A stretch of 64,000 bases of DNA, from positions 9,940-73,939 of the forward strand of contig JBBSJI010000002.1 in the NCBI GenBank assembly GCA_038257425.1. Direction: 5' to 3'. Below the pieces are notes generated by a model. That model was not told the origin of the DNA, searched no databases, and saw only the letters and a list, made by a program, of their open reading frames with translations. Source of the DNA: Chitinophagales bacterium. Lineage in GTDB: Bacteria > Bacteroidota > Bacteroidia > Chitinophagales > Chitinophagaceae. Made by a program: the position numbers and the translations under genes. This document shows, piece by piece, positions 29,542 to 37,047 of this stretch. The stretch's first letter is position 1, and each line of letters starts with the position of its first letter.

Positions 29542-30078
29542 ATGAGTGATGATTTAAAAAATAAAGACTTCAAAACTCCCCCCTTGGGGGGCGGGGGGGC
29601 TGGTTGGGGGGTTCAGTATTTTAAAGATATTTTCAATGCAATTAAGTCGCTGCTCATTGGCATGCGCCGTACAGGTTATTATTTTACGCATCACAAGGAG
29701 ATCATCACACAGCAATATCCTGATAACCGGGAAACATTGAATTTGCCGGAACGCTTTAAAGGCGAAGTGATCTTACTGCATGATGAAAACAATGAGCACG
29801 CCTGCACCGGTTGTACTGCCTGTGAGCTGGCATGTCCCAATGCAACTATAAAAATTGTTACGCAATTCGATATTACACCCGAAGGCAAAAAGAAAAAAGC
29901 ATTGGACAAATTTGTGTATCACCTTGAGCTGTGTACCTTATGCAATCTGTGTATCATCGCTTGCCCTACGGATGCTATAAAAATGGCACAGACATTTGAA
30001 CACAGTGTTTTTGACAGGGCAGAGCTGACTAAAATTTTAAATAAACCCGGTTCTAAAATAAGAGAAGGTATCGAGTAA
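29542..30078 (+). CDS. nuoI: NADH-quinone oxidoreductase subunit I
   Basis: Two CxxCxxCxxxCP motifs (CTGCTACELACP, CTLCNLCIIACP). The N-terminus contains repeat unit I. Confidence 0.93.
   Translation: MSDDLKNKDFKTPPLGGGGAGWGVQYFKDIFNAIKSLLIGMRRTGYYFTHHKEIITQQYPDNRETLNLPERFKGEVILLHDENNEHACTGCTACELACPNATIKIVTQFDITPEGKKKKALDKFVYHLELCTLCNLCIIACPTDAIKMAQTFEHSVFDRAELTKILNKPGSKIREGIE
29569..29611 (+). repeat. GC-hairpin unit I (forward), translated in nuoI
   Basis: TTCAAAA + CTCCCCCC-TT-GGGGGG + CGGGGGGGCTGGTTGGGGGG. Encodes KTPPLGGGGAGWG. Confidence 0.75.
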
Positions 30079-30139
30079 TAATCAGATGAGAAAAGAGAAA
30101 CAGTCGAAATGCTTAATTAATTAAGTTAAATCATAAAAT

Positions 30140-30186
30140 TAAAGCCCGGCCTCTCCCGATAATTATCGGGAGAACGAGGGTGAGGC
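30140..30186 (+). repeat. GC-hairpin unit J (forward, variant stem)
   Basis: GCCCGGCC + TCTCCCGAT-AATT-ATCGGGAGA + ACGAGGGTGAGGCC, in the nuoI-nuoJ spacer. Confidence 0.7.
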
Positions 30187-30204
30187 CATGATTGACCGGC
30201 CTGC

Positions 30205-30232
30205 TGTCATCCTGAGCGGTAGCGAAGGATCT
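30205..30232 (+). repeat. GTCATCCTGAGCGGTAGCGAAGGATCTC motif (half-unit of the third repeat family)
   Basis: Shares the GTCAnCCTGAG core with the left arm at 41151. Lies in the nuoI-nuoJ spacer. Confidence 0.4.
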
Positions 30233-30269
30233 CTTGCTGAGACTAAAAAATTGAATACGAATAATAGTT

Positions 30270-30845
30270 ATGACAGGATCTGCAATTATATTCTATTTAC
30301 TGGCCGCACTTACATTAGGAAGTGCATGGTTGGCTGTTACCACCAGGATGATCTTCAGGGCGGCAATTTATCTTTTGTTTGCGCTGATAGGTATTGCAGG
30401 TATTTATTTCTGGCTGCAATACGAATTTATTGCTGCTGTTCAGATCGTGGTGTATGTAGGAGGAATCGTAGTAATTATCATTTTTTCAATTTTCCTTACT
30501 CAGCAGGCAGGCGATCTTTTACCTAAACAGAAATTAGGCAGGCAAATATTTTCAGCACTGGCTGCATTTTGTGGAATGGCATTAGTAATGCTGCAGTTGG
30601 CACAACATGAATTTGTTGCAACTGCTAATGCTGCGATTGAACCTAGTGTAGCCAATATCGGATACCAGATGTTGGGAACAGATGATAATGGTTATGCATT
30701 GCCATTTGAAGTGGTAAGTATTTTATTGCTGGCTGCATTGATCGGTTGTATTGTGATTGCGGCCCCCTCTGAACTTCGTTCTTTCCCTGGCGGGAACCCC
30801 AAAGGGGGAGAAAAAACCCTTAGTTCAACCGAAAATAATACTTGA
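30270..30845 (+). CDS. nuoJ: NADH-quinone oxidoreductase subunit J
   Basis: 191 aa with 5 TM segments, positioned between nuoI and nuoK. The last ~27 aa are read through repeat unit L. Confidence 0.9.
   Translation: MTGSAIIFYLLAALTLGSAWLAVTTRMIFRAAIYLLFALIGIAGIYFWLQYEFIAAVQIVVYVGGIVVIIIFSIFLTQQAGDLLPKQKLGRQIFSALAAFCGMALVMLQLAQHEFVATANAAIEPSVANIGYQMLGTDDNGYALPFEVVSILLLAALIGCIVIAAPSELRSFPGGNPKGGEKTLSSTENNT
30761..30810 (-). repeat. GC-hairpin unit L (reverse; compound/degenerate), translated as the nuoJ tail
   Basis: GGCCCCCTCTGAA (compare unit K, GGCCCCTCTAAA) + TTCCC-TGGC-GGGAA + CCCC-AAA-GGGG. Encodes AAPSELRSFPGGNPKGGE. Confidence 0.45.
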
Positions 30846-30883
30846 GTAACATGGAATTTATAATTATAAAAACTGTTAAAAAT

Positions 30884-30916
30884 GTCCTCCCTTTCGGGGA
30901 GGATTTAGGAGGGGCC
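30884..30916 (+). repeat. GC-hairpin unit M (forward)
   Basis: TCCTCCC-TTTCG-GGGAGGA + TTTAGGAGGGGCC, ending 2 nt before the nuoK ATG. Confidence 0.75.
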
Positions 30917-30918
30917 GC

Positions 30919-31236
30919 ATGATGATAGAACCTGGACTATATCAATTGCTTTTTATTAGTACTGCACTGTTCTTCATTGGTGTGTACGGGTTCTTTACCC
31001 GGCGCAACCTCGTTACTATGCTCATGAGTGTTGAGTTGATATTGAACAGCGTGAACCTGAATTTTATTGCATTCAATAAATATTTGTGGTACGACAAACT
31101 GGATGGAGTTTTCTTCACCATTTTTATTATTGCCATTGCAGCCGCAGAAGCGGCGGTTGCCATAGCTATCATAATTAATTTATACCGAAGTCATAAATCT
31201 ATTGATGTGGAGAATGCGGAAGAGATGAAATTTTAA
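30919..31236 (+). CDS. nuoK: NADH-quinone oxidoreductase subunit K
   Basis: 105 aa with 3 TM segments and conserved Glu residues in the membrane helices (SVELILNS, AAAEAAV). Confidence 0.92.
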   Translation: MMIEPGLYQLLFISTALFFIGVYGFFTRRNLVTMLMSVELILNSVNLNFIAFNKYLWYDKLDGVFFTIFIIAIAAAEAAVAIAIIINLYRSHKSIDVENAEEMKF

Positions 31237-31239
31237 TAA

Positions 31240-31270
31240 CCTCACCCCAACCCCTCTCCAAAGGAGAGGG
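31240..31270 (-). repeat. GC-hairpin unit N (reverse)
   Basis: CCTCACCCCAA + CCCTCTCC-AAA-GGAGAGGG, 3 nt after the nuoK TAA stop. Its flank is the exact reverse complement of the unit O flank. Confidence 0.85.
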
Positions 31271-31383
31271 AACTGGGAGATCGAAGCGGTGAGGTGCGGA
31301 GAATTCAGTTTTAGTTTTAAAAGTTTAGGTCTTAATTTGGAACAATGATTCAAAATTTGAGAAGTATTTTTTAATAACCGATA

Positions 31384-31422
31384 TCAAACCCCCTCTCTTT
31401 AAGGAGAGGGTTGGGGTGAGGT
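31384..31422 (+). repeat. GC-hairpin unit O (forward)
   Basis: TCAAA + CCCCCTCTC-TTTAA-GGAGAGGG + TTGGGGTGAGGT, ending 4 nt before the nuoL ATG. Confidence 0.85.
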
Positions 31423-31426
31423 AATA

Positions 31427-33445
31427 ATGCCAAACACAACTTACATAACACTGATCATCTTGCTGCCACTGGCAGGCTTTATAATGCTTGGGCTTTTTGG
31501 TAGAAGATATTTTACTAAAACCTCCGGCGTTATAGGAACAGCATTGTTATTGGTTTCAACCCTGCTTGCCTTACATACTGCTTATAGCTATTTCTTTGAG
31601 TATGGAAAAGTGAATGGTGTTTATCAAAAATTAGTTCCACTTAAATATACATGGTTACAATTTTCCGAGGGCGTATCAATTGATATGGGGATCATCATCG
31701 ATCCCATCTCTGTAATGATGCTAATAGTGGTATCCTTTATTTCTTTAATGGTGCATATCTATAGCCTTGGTTATATGAAAGGCGATGAAAGATTCCCTAC
31801 TTATTTTGCATTCCTGGGGTTGTTTACTTTTTCTATGCTGGGACTGGTTATTTCTTCTAACATTTTCCAGATCTATATTTTTTGGGAGCTGGTGGGTGTT
31901 TCCTCTTTCCTGCTGGTTGGCTATTATTATGATAAACCCAGTGCAGTTGCTGCCTGCAAAAAAGCTTTTATTGTAACAAGGTTTGCCGATGTGGGCTTTT
32001 TGATCGGCATTTTAATCCTGTCTTTTTATTCAGGCACATTAGATTTTAATACATTGATCGCAACACTCACTTCTCCTGAAACCAATGGCTATAAAAATGC
32101 AGTGGCAGCATCTTTCCTGGGTGTTTCTGCATTAACCTGGGGATTAGTATTAGTGTTCATCGGTGCTGCTGGCAAGAGTGCGATGTTTCCTTTACATATC
32201 TGGCTGCCCGATGCGATGGAAGGCCCAACACCAGTCTCAGCATTGATACATGCTGCTACCATGGTGGTTGCCGGCGTTTTTTTAGTGGCAAGATTATTTC
32301 CCGTGTTTGCCATTTCAGCTCCCGGGGCTTTGAGCCTTGTTGGTTATGTTGGCGCCATCTCTGCATTATTTGCAGCAGTGATAGCCTGCACACAAACAGA
32401 TATTAAACGGGTGTTGGCTTATTCCACGATGAGCCAGATAGGATACATGATGTTTGCACTAGGTGTTTCAAAATACGGTGGCGAGGAAAGCCTGGGTTAC
32501 ACCGCATCTATGTTTCATTTGTTCACACATGCCATGTTTAAAGCATTGTTGTTTTTAGGCGCAGGTGCTGTAATACATTATATACACAGCAACGAAATGA
32601 AAGACATGGGTGGGTTAAGAAAATATTTACCCATCACCCATATTACTTTTTTAATTGCCTGCCTGGCTATTGCAGGTGTGCCGCCGTTTGCAGGGTTCTT
32701 CAGCAAAGAAGAGATCCTATTGGCTGCTTATCAAAATAACCAGGCCATTTACTGGATAGCATTGATCACTTCCGGCTTAACAGCTTTTTATATGTTCCGT
32801 TTGTACTTCAATATTTTCTGGAGCAAAGACCATCACGCACATACTCAACAGCATGCTACCGAGTTGAAATCTGAAATTACGGAAGCTGTGGCTCCCTCTC
32901 CTTTGGAGAGGGAGGGGGGTGAGGTCCATAAAGGTGAAGGTGGATTTACTATGATGATGCCTTTAGTATTATTAGCTATTGGCGCAGCAGCTGCAGGCTT
33001 TATTCCTTTCGGTCATTTTGTTAGCTCCGATGGAACAAGGCTGGAAGCTGAATTCCATTTGCAGTTTTCCATTGCTCCTGTGGCACTTGGACTGGCAGGA
33101 ATTTTTATTGCTATGTGGATGTATAAAAAAGAAAATAATAAACCCGATAGGTTTGTTGCTTCGCTGCATGGGTTATACAAAGCGGCTTATCATAAATTCT
33201 ATATTGATGAGATCTATTTGTTCATCACAAAAAAAATAATTTTTAATCTCATCGGCAGGCCGGCAGCATGGTTTGATAAAAATGTAGTTGATGGAATGGT
33301 GAATGCAACCGGCAATGGCACAAAAGATATTTCAGAAATTATAAAAAGTTTTCAATCAGGTAAGGTACAGCAATATGCTATTTACTTTTTGGTAAGTGTT
33401 ATTGGCCTGGCATTGCTGTTTATATACGTTTGGAACCCCCGCTAA
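31427..33445 (+). CDS. nuoL: NADH-quinone oxidoreductase subunit L
   Basis: 672 aa antiporter-like subunit with a long C-terminal extension. Contains in-frame repeat unit P. Confidence 0.95.
   Translation: MPNTTYITLIILLPLAGFIMLGLFGRRYFTKTSGVIGTALLLVSTLLALHTAYSYFFEYGKVNGVYQKLVPLKYTWLQFSEGVSIDMGIIIDPISVMMLIVVSFISLMVHIYSLGYMKGDERFPTYFAFLGLFTFSMLGLVISSNIFQIYIFWELVGVSSFLLVGYYYDKPSAVAACKKAFIVTRFADVGFLIGILILSFYSGTLDFNTLIATLTSPETNGYKNAVAASFLGVSALTWGLVLVFIGAAGKSAMFPLHIWLPDAMEGPTPVSALIHAATMVVAGVFLVARLFPVFAISAPGALSLVGYVGAISALFAAVIACTQTDIKRVLAYSTMSQIGYMMFALGVSKYGGEESLGYTASMFHLFTHAMFKALLFLGAGAVIHYIHSNEMKDMGGLRKYLPITHITFLIACLAIAGVPPFAGFFSKEEILLAAYQNNQAIYWIALITSGLTAFYMFRLYFNIFWSKDHHAHTQQHATELKSEITEAVAPSPLEREGGEVHKGEGGFTMMMPLVLLAIGAAAAGFIPFGHFVSSDGTRLEAEFHLQFSIAPVALGLAGIFIAMWMYKKENNKPDRFVASLHGLYKAAYHKFYIDEIYLFITKKIIFNLIGRPAAWFDKNVVDGMVNATGNGTKDISEIIKSFQSGKVQQYAIYFLVSVIGLALLFIYVWNPR
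32891..32925 (+). repeat. GC-hairpin unit P (forward), translated inside nuoL
   Basis: GCTCCCTCTCC-TTT-GGAGAGGGAG + GGGGGTGAGGT. Encodes APSPLEREGGEV. The first 22 nt are identical to unit C in ileS. Confidence 0.85.
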
Positions 33446-33459
33446 TTCTCCGCCGAGAA
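33436..33459 (-). repeat. possible degenerate GC-hairpin unit S (reverse) overlapping the nuoL stop
   Basis: CCCCCGCTAA + TTCTC-CGCC-GAGAA. Weak similarity to the F/K flank-plus-hairpin layout. Confidence 0.25.
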
Positions 33460-33523
33460 AAAGCGCTGGAATTATTTTAAAGTTGAAATGGAAGAACAAA
33501 TGTTTATTAATGATTTTAAAAAC

Positions 33524-33563
33524 CGCTCCTTCCCTATCGGGGAAGGAGAAGGAGGATGGGGCC
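33524..33563 (+). repeat. GC-hairpin unit Q (forward)
   Basis: CTCCTTCCC-TATCG-GGGAAGGAG (9-bp stem) + AAGGAGGATGGGGCC. Overlaps the first possible nuoM ATG. Confidence 0.75.
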
Positions 33564-35040
33564 GATGAATCTATCATTTTTGATATTGTTGCCACTGCTC
33601 ACTGCAATACTCATATTGCTGATGAAGAATGCTGCACAGGTTAAGTGGGTGGCACTGGCAGGCGCAACAGCCCAGTTGGTATTGAGTTTTGTATTACTTT
33701 ATCTTTTTCGTGAGCAGCAGGCTGATCGGAATACCACACAAATGTTATTTGAGCAACAATATGATTGGTTCCCTTCCTGGAACATCAGTTTCCATTTTGG
33801 AGTTGACGGTATTTCTGTGGCCATGATCTTATTAACAGCTTTTGTAGTCATCGCCGGTGTGCTGGTTTCCTGGAATGTAACCAAAATGACAAAGGAGTTT
33901 TATTTCCTCCTCATTTTATTAAGTCTTGGTGCATATGGTTTCTTTATTTCGCTTGACCTGTTCATCTTATTTTTCTTTTTAGAAATCGCTGTTATTCCCA
34001 AATATTTACTCATCGGTATCTGGGGAAGTGGTAAAAAAGAATACAGTGCCAATAAACTGGCGCTGATGCTGATGGGCGGCTCTGCACTGGTGTTGGTTGG
34101 CCTGCTCGGGGTTTATTTTTCCAATACTACACATAGTTTTGATTTAATGTACCTATCTCAAATCAATATCCCAATAAAAACACAGATGATCTGTTTCCCT
34201 TTATTGTTTGTGGGTTTTGGTGTATTCACAGCTTTGTTTCCTTTTCATACCTGGGTACCCGATGGTCACTCGTCTGCACCTACAGCAGGGTCTATGTTTC
34301 TTGCCGGCATTTCTATGAAGCTTGGTGGTTACGGTTGTTTACGTGTGGCAACATACATTATGCCCGAAGGTGCAAAGGAATATGCGGAGATCATCATTGT
34401 ACTTTCTGTCATTGCCATTTTATATGGAGCCTTTGCTACCATGATGCAGAAGGATCTTAAATATATCAATGCCTATTCATCGGTGAGTCATTGCGGATTT
34501 GTTTTACTGGGTATTGGGATGCTCACCAGAACATCCATGACAGGTGCGGTGATGCAAATGGTTTCGCATGGTTTAATGACGGCACTTTTCTTTGCTATCA
34601 TCGGCATGATCTACGAACGCACACACACCAGGCAGGTGAGTGAGATGGGAGGGTTGTTAAAGAAGATGCCTTTTATCATCTCTGTATTGTTCATTGTTGG
34701 TTTGTGTTCACTAGGTTTACCCGGACTGAGTGGTTTTGTAGCAGAGATGACCGTGTTCATGGGTTCCTGGGAACATCCTGATACATTTAGAAGGGTAGCA
34801 ACAATTCTTGCATGTCTTTCTATTGTTGTAACAGCCGTTTATATTTTACGGGCTGTTACAAAAACAGCCATGGGCCCATTAAAGGAAGGATTTGAAAGTT
34901 TGACCGATGCAACCTGGAATGAAAAATTAGCAGCACTGATACTGATAGCCGGAATTATTGCGATTGGTGTTGCACCATTCTGGCTGAATGACCTGGTTAG
35001 CCCGGGAGCGGAAGTGATTATGAATAAAATTGGTAAATAA
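33556..35040 (+). CDS. nuoM: NADH-quinone oxidoreductase subunit M
   Basis: 494 aa antiporter-like subunit. The first ATG (33556) lies in the repeat Q flank; alternative ATG at 33565 (MNLSFLILL). Confidence 0.94.
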   Translation: MGPMNLSFLILLPLLTAILILLMKNAAQVKWVALAGATAQLVLSFVLLYLFREQQADRNTTQMLFEQQYDWFPSWNISFHFGVDGISVAMILLTAFVVIAGVLVSWNVTKMTKEFYFLLILLSLGAYGFFISLDLFILFFFLEIAVIPKYLLIGIWGSGKKEYSANKLALMLMGGSALVLVGLLGVYFSNTTHSFDLMYLSQINIPIKTQMICFPLLFVGFGVFTALFPFHTWVPDGHSSAPTAGSMFLAGISMKLGGYGCLRVATYIMPEGAKEYAEIIIVLSVIAILYGAFATMMQKDLKYINAYSSVSHCGFVLLGIGMLTRTSMTGAVMQMVSHGLMTALFFAIIGMIYERTHTRQVSEMGGLLKKMPFIISVLFIVGLCSLGLPGLSGFVAEMTVFMGSWEHPDTFRRVATILACLSIVVTAVYILRAVTKTAMGPLKEGFESLTDATWNEKLAALILIAGIIAIGVAPFWLNDLVSPGAEVIMNKIGK

Positions 35041-35052
35041 CATTGCTAAATA

Positions 35053-35158
35053 AATAATGAACAAGGAACAAGGAATTTCGAATGATGAGCGTCCGCAAGC
35101 GTCTGCGGAGAATTTCGAACTTCTGAAGTCAATATTCCTTGTTCCTTGTTCGATATTC
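35053..35158. repeat. tandem-arm long hairpin X2
   Basis: Same 24-nt and 26-nt arms as X1, with a longer centre containing an inner hairpin TCCGCA-AGCGTC-TGCGGA and a direct repeat GAATTTCGAA x2. Fills the nuoM-nuoN spacer. Confidence 0.9.
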
Positions 35159-35168
35159 AAATAAAAAT

Positions 35169-36569
35169 ATGCTAAATGATTTTTTAATATTAATGAAACC
35201 TGAACTGCTGTTAACCGGTATCATTTTCCTGTTGCTGTTCATCAAGATCGGCAAAGGTTTAAAAAATGATACCATGCTGTTATTGGTACAGGTGCTGTTA
35301 TTACTGAATTTTATTTTCGGTTTCTTTTTTAATACAGATGGCTCATTGTTTGATGGTATGTACGTAACTACAAACATGATCGTGTTGCAGAAAAGTATTC
35401 TAAGCCTGGGTGTTTACCTGATCTCTTTATTATTTGCAGATTGGTTTAAGAAAAGTGAACACATGCCCGAGTTCTTTATGCTGATGTTATCAGCATTGCT
35501 GGGTATGTTCTTCCTTATTTCGAGCGGTAACCTGCTGATGTTCTTTTTAGCTTTGGAATTATCTACTATTCCCGTAGCTGCCATGGCAAATTTCGATCTT
35601 GATAAAAAAAGATCTTCTGAAGCGGCCATGAAGATGATCCTGTCTTCGGCATTCTCTTCCGGTATTTTATTGTTTGGTATTTCATTGATATATGGAGCAA
35701 CCGGTACAATCAGTTTTGCTGAAATTCCACAGCAGCTTAATGGCAGCCCTTTACAGATCCTTGCATTGGTATTCCTGTTTTCAGCATTTGCTTTTAAATT
35801 ATCTATTGTTCCCTTTCATTTATGGACGGCAGATGTATATGAAGGATCACCGATGGCTGTTACTTCGTTTCTTTCTGTTATATCCAAAGGAGCTGTTGCA
35901 TTTATTTTTATGGCAACACTGTATAAAGTGTTTCAGCCCATGCAGGAAACCTGGTACAACCTGGTGATGATCCTGTCCATAGCTACCATGATCATCGGTA
36001 ACCTGTTTGCATTACGTCAACAAAATATAAAACGCTTTCTTGCCTTTTCCTCCATTGCTCAGGTTGGTTTTATTTTAGTAGGTATCAGCAGTAATTCCAT
36101 TGAAGGAACAACATCGGTTGTTTATTTTATTTTGATCTATGTGTTTTCAAACCTGGCAGCATTTGGTGTGGCTGCAGCCATTGCAGCAAAAGCTAACCGG
36201 GAAAATATTGATGATTATAAAGGTTTGTACCAGACCAATCCTTTCCTGAGCTGGGTATTGGCACTGGCTTTATTTTCACTGGCCGGTATTCCGCCAACTG
36301 CAGGCTTCTTTGGTAAATTATTCTTATTAACTGCCGGTGCATCAAAAGGCAGCTATCTTTTCATTACGATTGCTGCACTAAATATGATCATTTCCCTGTA
36401 TTATTATTTACGTGTTGTACGGTCTGTGTTTATGGAAAAGAATGAACAGCCGGTAGAAAAAGTGGCGATCGAACCCTCTGCAAAATTTGCATTGATCATT
36501 TGCAGCGCAGGCATAATTTTAGTTGGCTTATTAAGCTGGATATATGATTACATACAAAACCTGGTTTAG
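35169..36569 (+). CDS. nuoN: NADH-quinone oxidoreductase subunit N
   Basis: 466 aa antiporter-like subunit. I moved the start to 35169 because the track start at 35139 translates the X2 repeat arm. Confidence 0.93.
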   Translation: MLNDFLILMKPELLLTGIIFLLLFIKIGKGLKNDTMLLLVQVLLLLNFIFGFFFNTDGSLFDGMYVTTNMIVLQKSILSLGVYLISLLFADWFKKSEHMPEFFMLMLSALLGMFFLISSGNLLMFFLALELSTIPVAAMANFDLDKKRSSEAAMKMILSSAFSSGILLFGISLIYGATGTISFAEIPQQLNGSPLQILALVFLFSAFAFKLSIVPFHLWTADVYEGSPMAVTSFLSVISKGAVAFIFMATLYKVFQPMQETWYNLVMILSIATMIIGNLFALRQQNIKRFLAFSSIAQVGFILVGISSNSIEGTTSVVYFILIYVFSNLAAFGVAAAIAAKANRENIDDYKGLYQTNPFLSWVLALALFSLAGIPPTAGFFGKLFLLTAGASKGSYLFITIAALNMIISLYYYLRVVRSVFMEKNEQPVEKVAIEPSAKFALIICSAGIILVGLLSWIYDYIQNLV

Positions 36570-36643
36570 AAGTTTAGGAGTTTAGAAGATTAGTTGAGTA
36601 ATCTCCTGGACCCTAAACCCCTAAACCCCTAAACCCCTAAACT
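36564..36643. repeat. tandem-arm hairpin Y with CCCCTAAA octamer array
   Basis: The left arm GTTTAGAAGTTTAGGAGTTTAGAAG opposes the right arm CCCTAAACCCCTAAACCCCTAAACCCCTAAACT. Overlaps the nuoN stop and ends 5 nt before the next ATG. Confidence 0.8.
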
Positions 36644-36648
36644 ATAAA

Positions 36649-37047
36649 ATGGCTATAAATAAAAATCACGAATTTGAAGAACTGGATGGCGTTAAATGTG
36701 GCATCGTGGAAAAGAATGTATCGCCCGAAAGAGTTGCCTTCCTGAAAAAATTACTGGAGTATAATAAATTTACGGTGGTGGTTGTTCCATCTTCTCCACC
36801 AAAAGTAGCGGCGGCTCCTGCTGTAAAAGCTGTAGAGGGAGAAGAGACGCCGGCACCACCGGCACCTGCGTCTGCAGCACCTGAAACATTCACCGTTGGT
36901 GTAACAGACTACACATACAATACAATCAATGCAATTTACGGGCGGTTGCTTAAAACACCTGATGGGCATGTAGTTACCATGGCTTACTGGCATCAAAAAG
37001 AAGCTGTGAGCCAGGATGAGATCCCTTATTATGAAGATGTAAGCTAG
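36649..37047 (+). CDS. hypothetical protein with Pro/Ala-rich linker
   Basis: 132-aa ORF with two small globular segments joined by PSSPPKVAAAPAVKAVEGEETPAPPAPASAAP. No family recognised. Confidence 0.6.
   Translation: MAINKNHEFEELDGVKCGIVEKNVSPERVAFLKKLLEYNKFTVVVVPSSPPKVAAAPAVKAVEGEETPAPPAPASAAPETFTVGVTDYTYNTINAIYGRLLKTPDGHVVTMAYWHQKEAVSQDEIPYYEDVS

Noticed and set aside
30188-30526. 112-aa ORF overlapping the start of nuoJ.
   Set aside because: It begins inside repeat J and the GTCATCCTGAG unit and is out of frame with the well-supported nuoJ, so it is likely a spurious repeat-seeded ORF. The antisense ORF 34927-35160 (NIEQGTRN...) is rejected for the same reason.
36611-36643. Could the octamer array, or the other tandem short repeats, be a CRISPR array?
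   Set aside because: The units are 7-8 nt and directly abutting, with no spacers, and there are no cas genes in the window. This is not CRISPR architecture.
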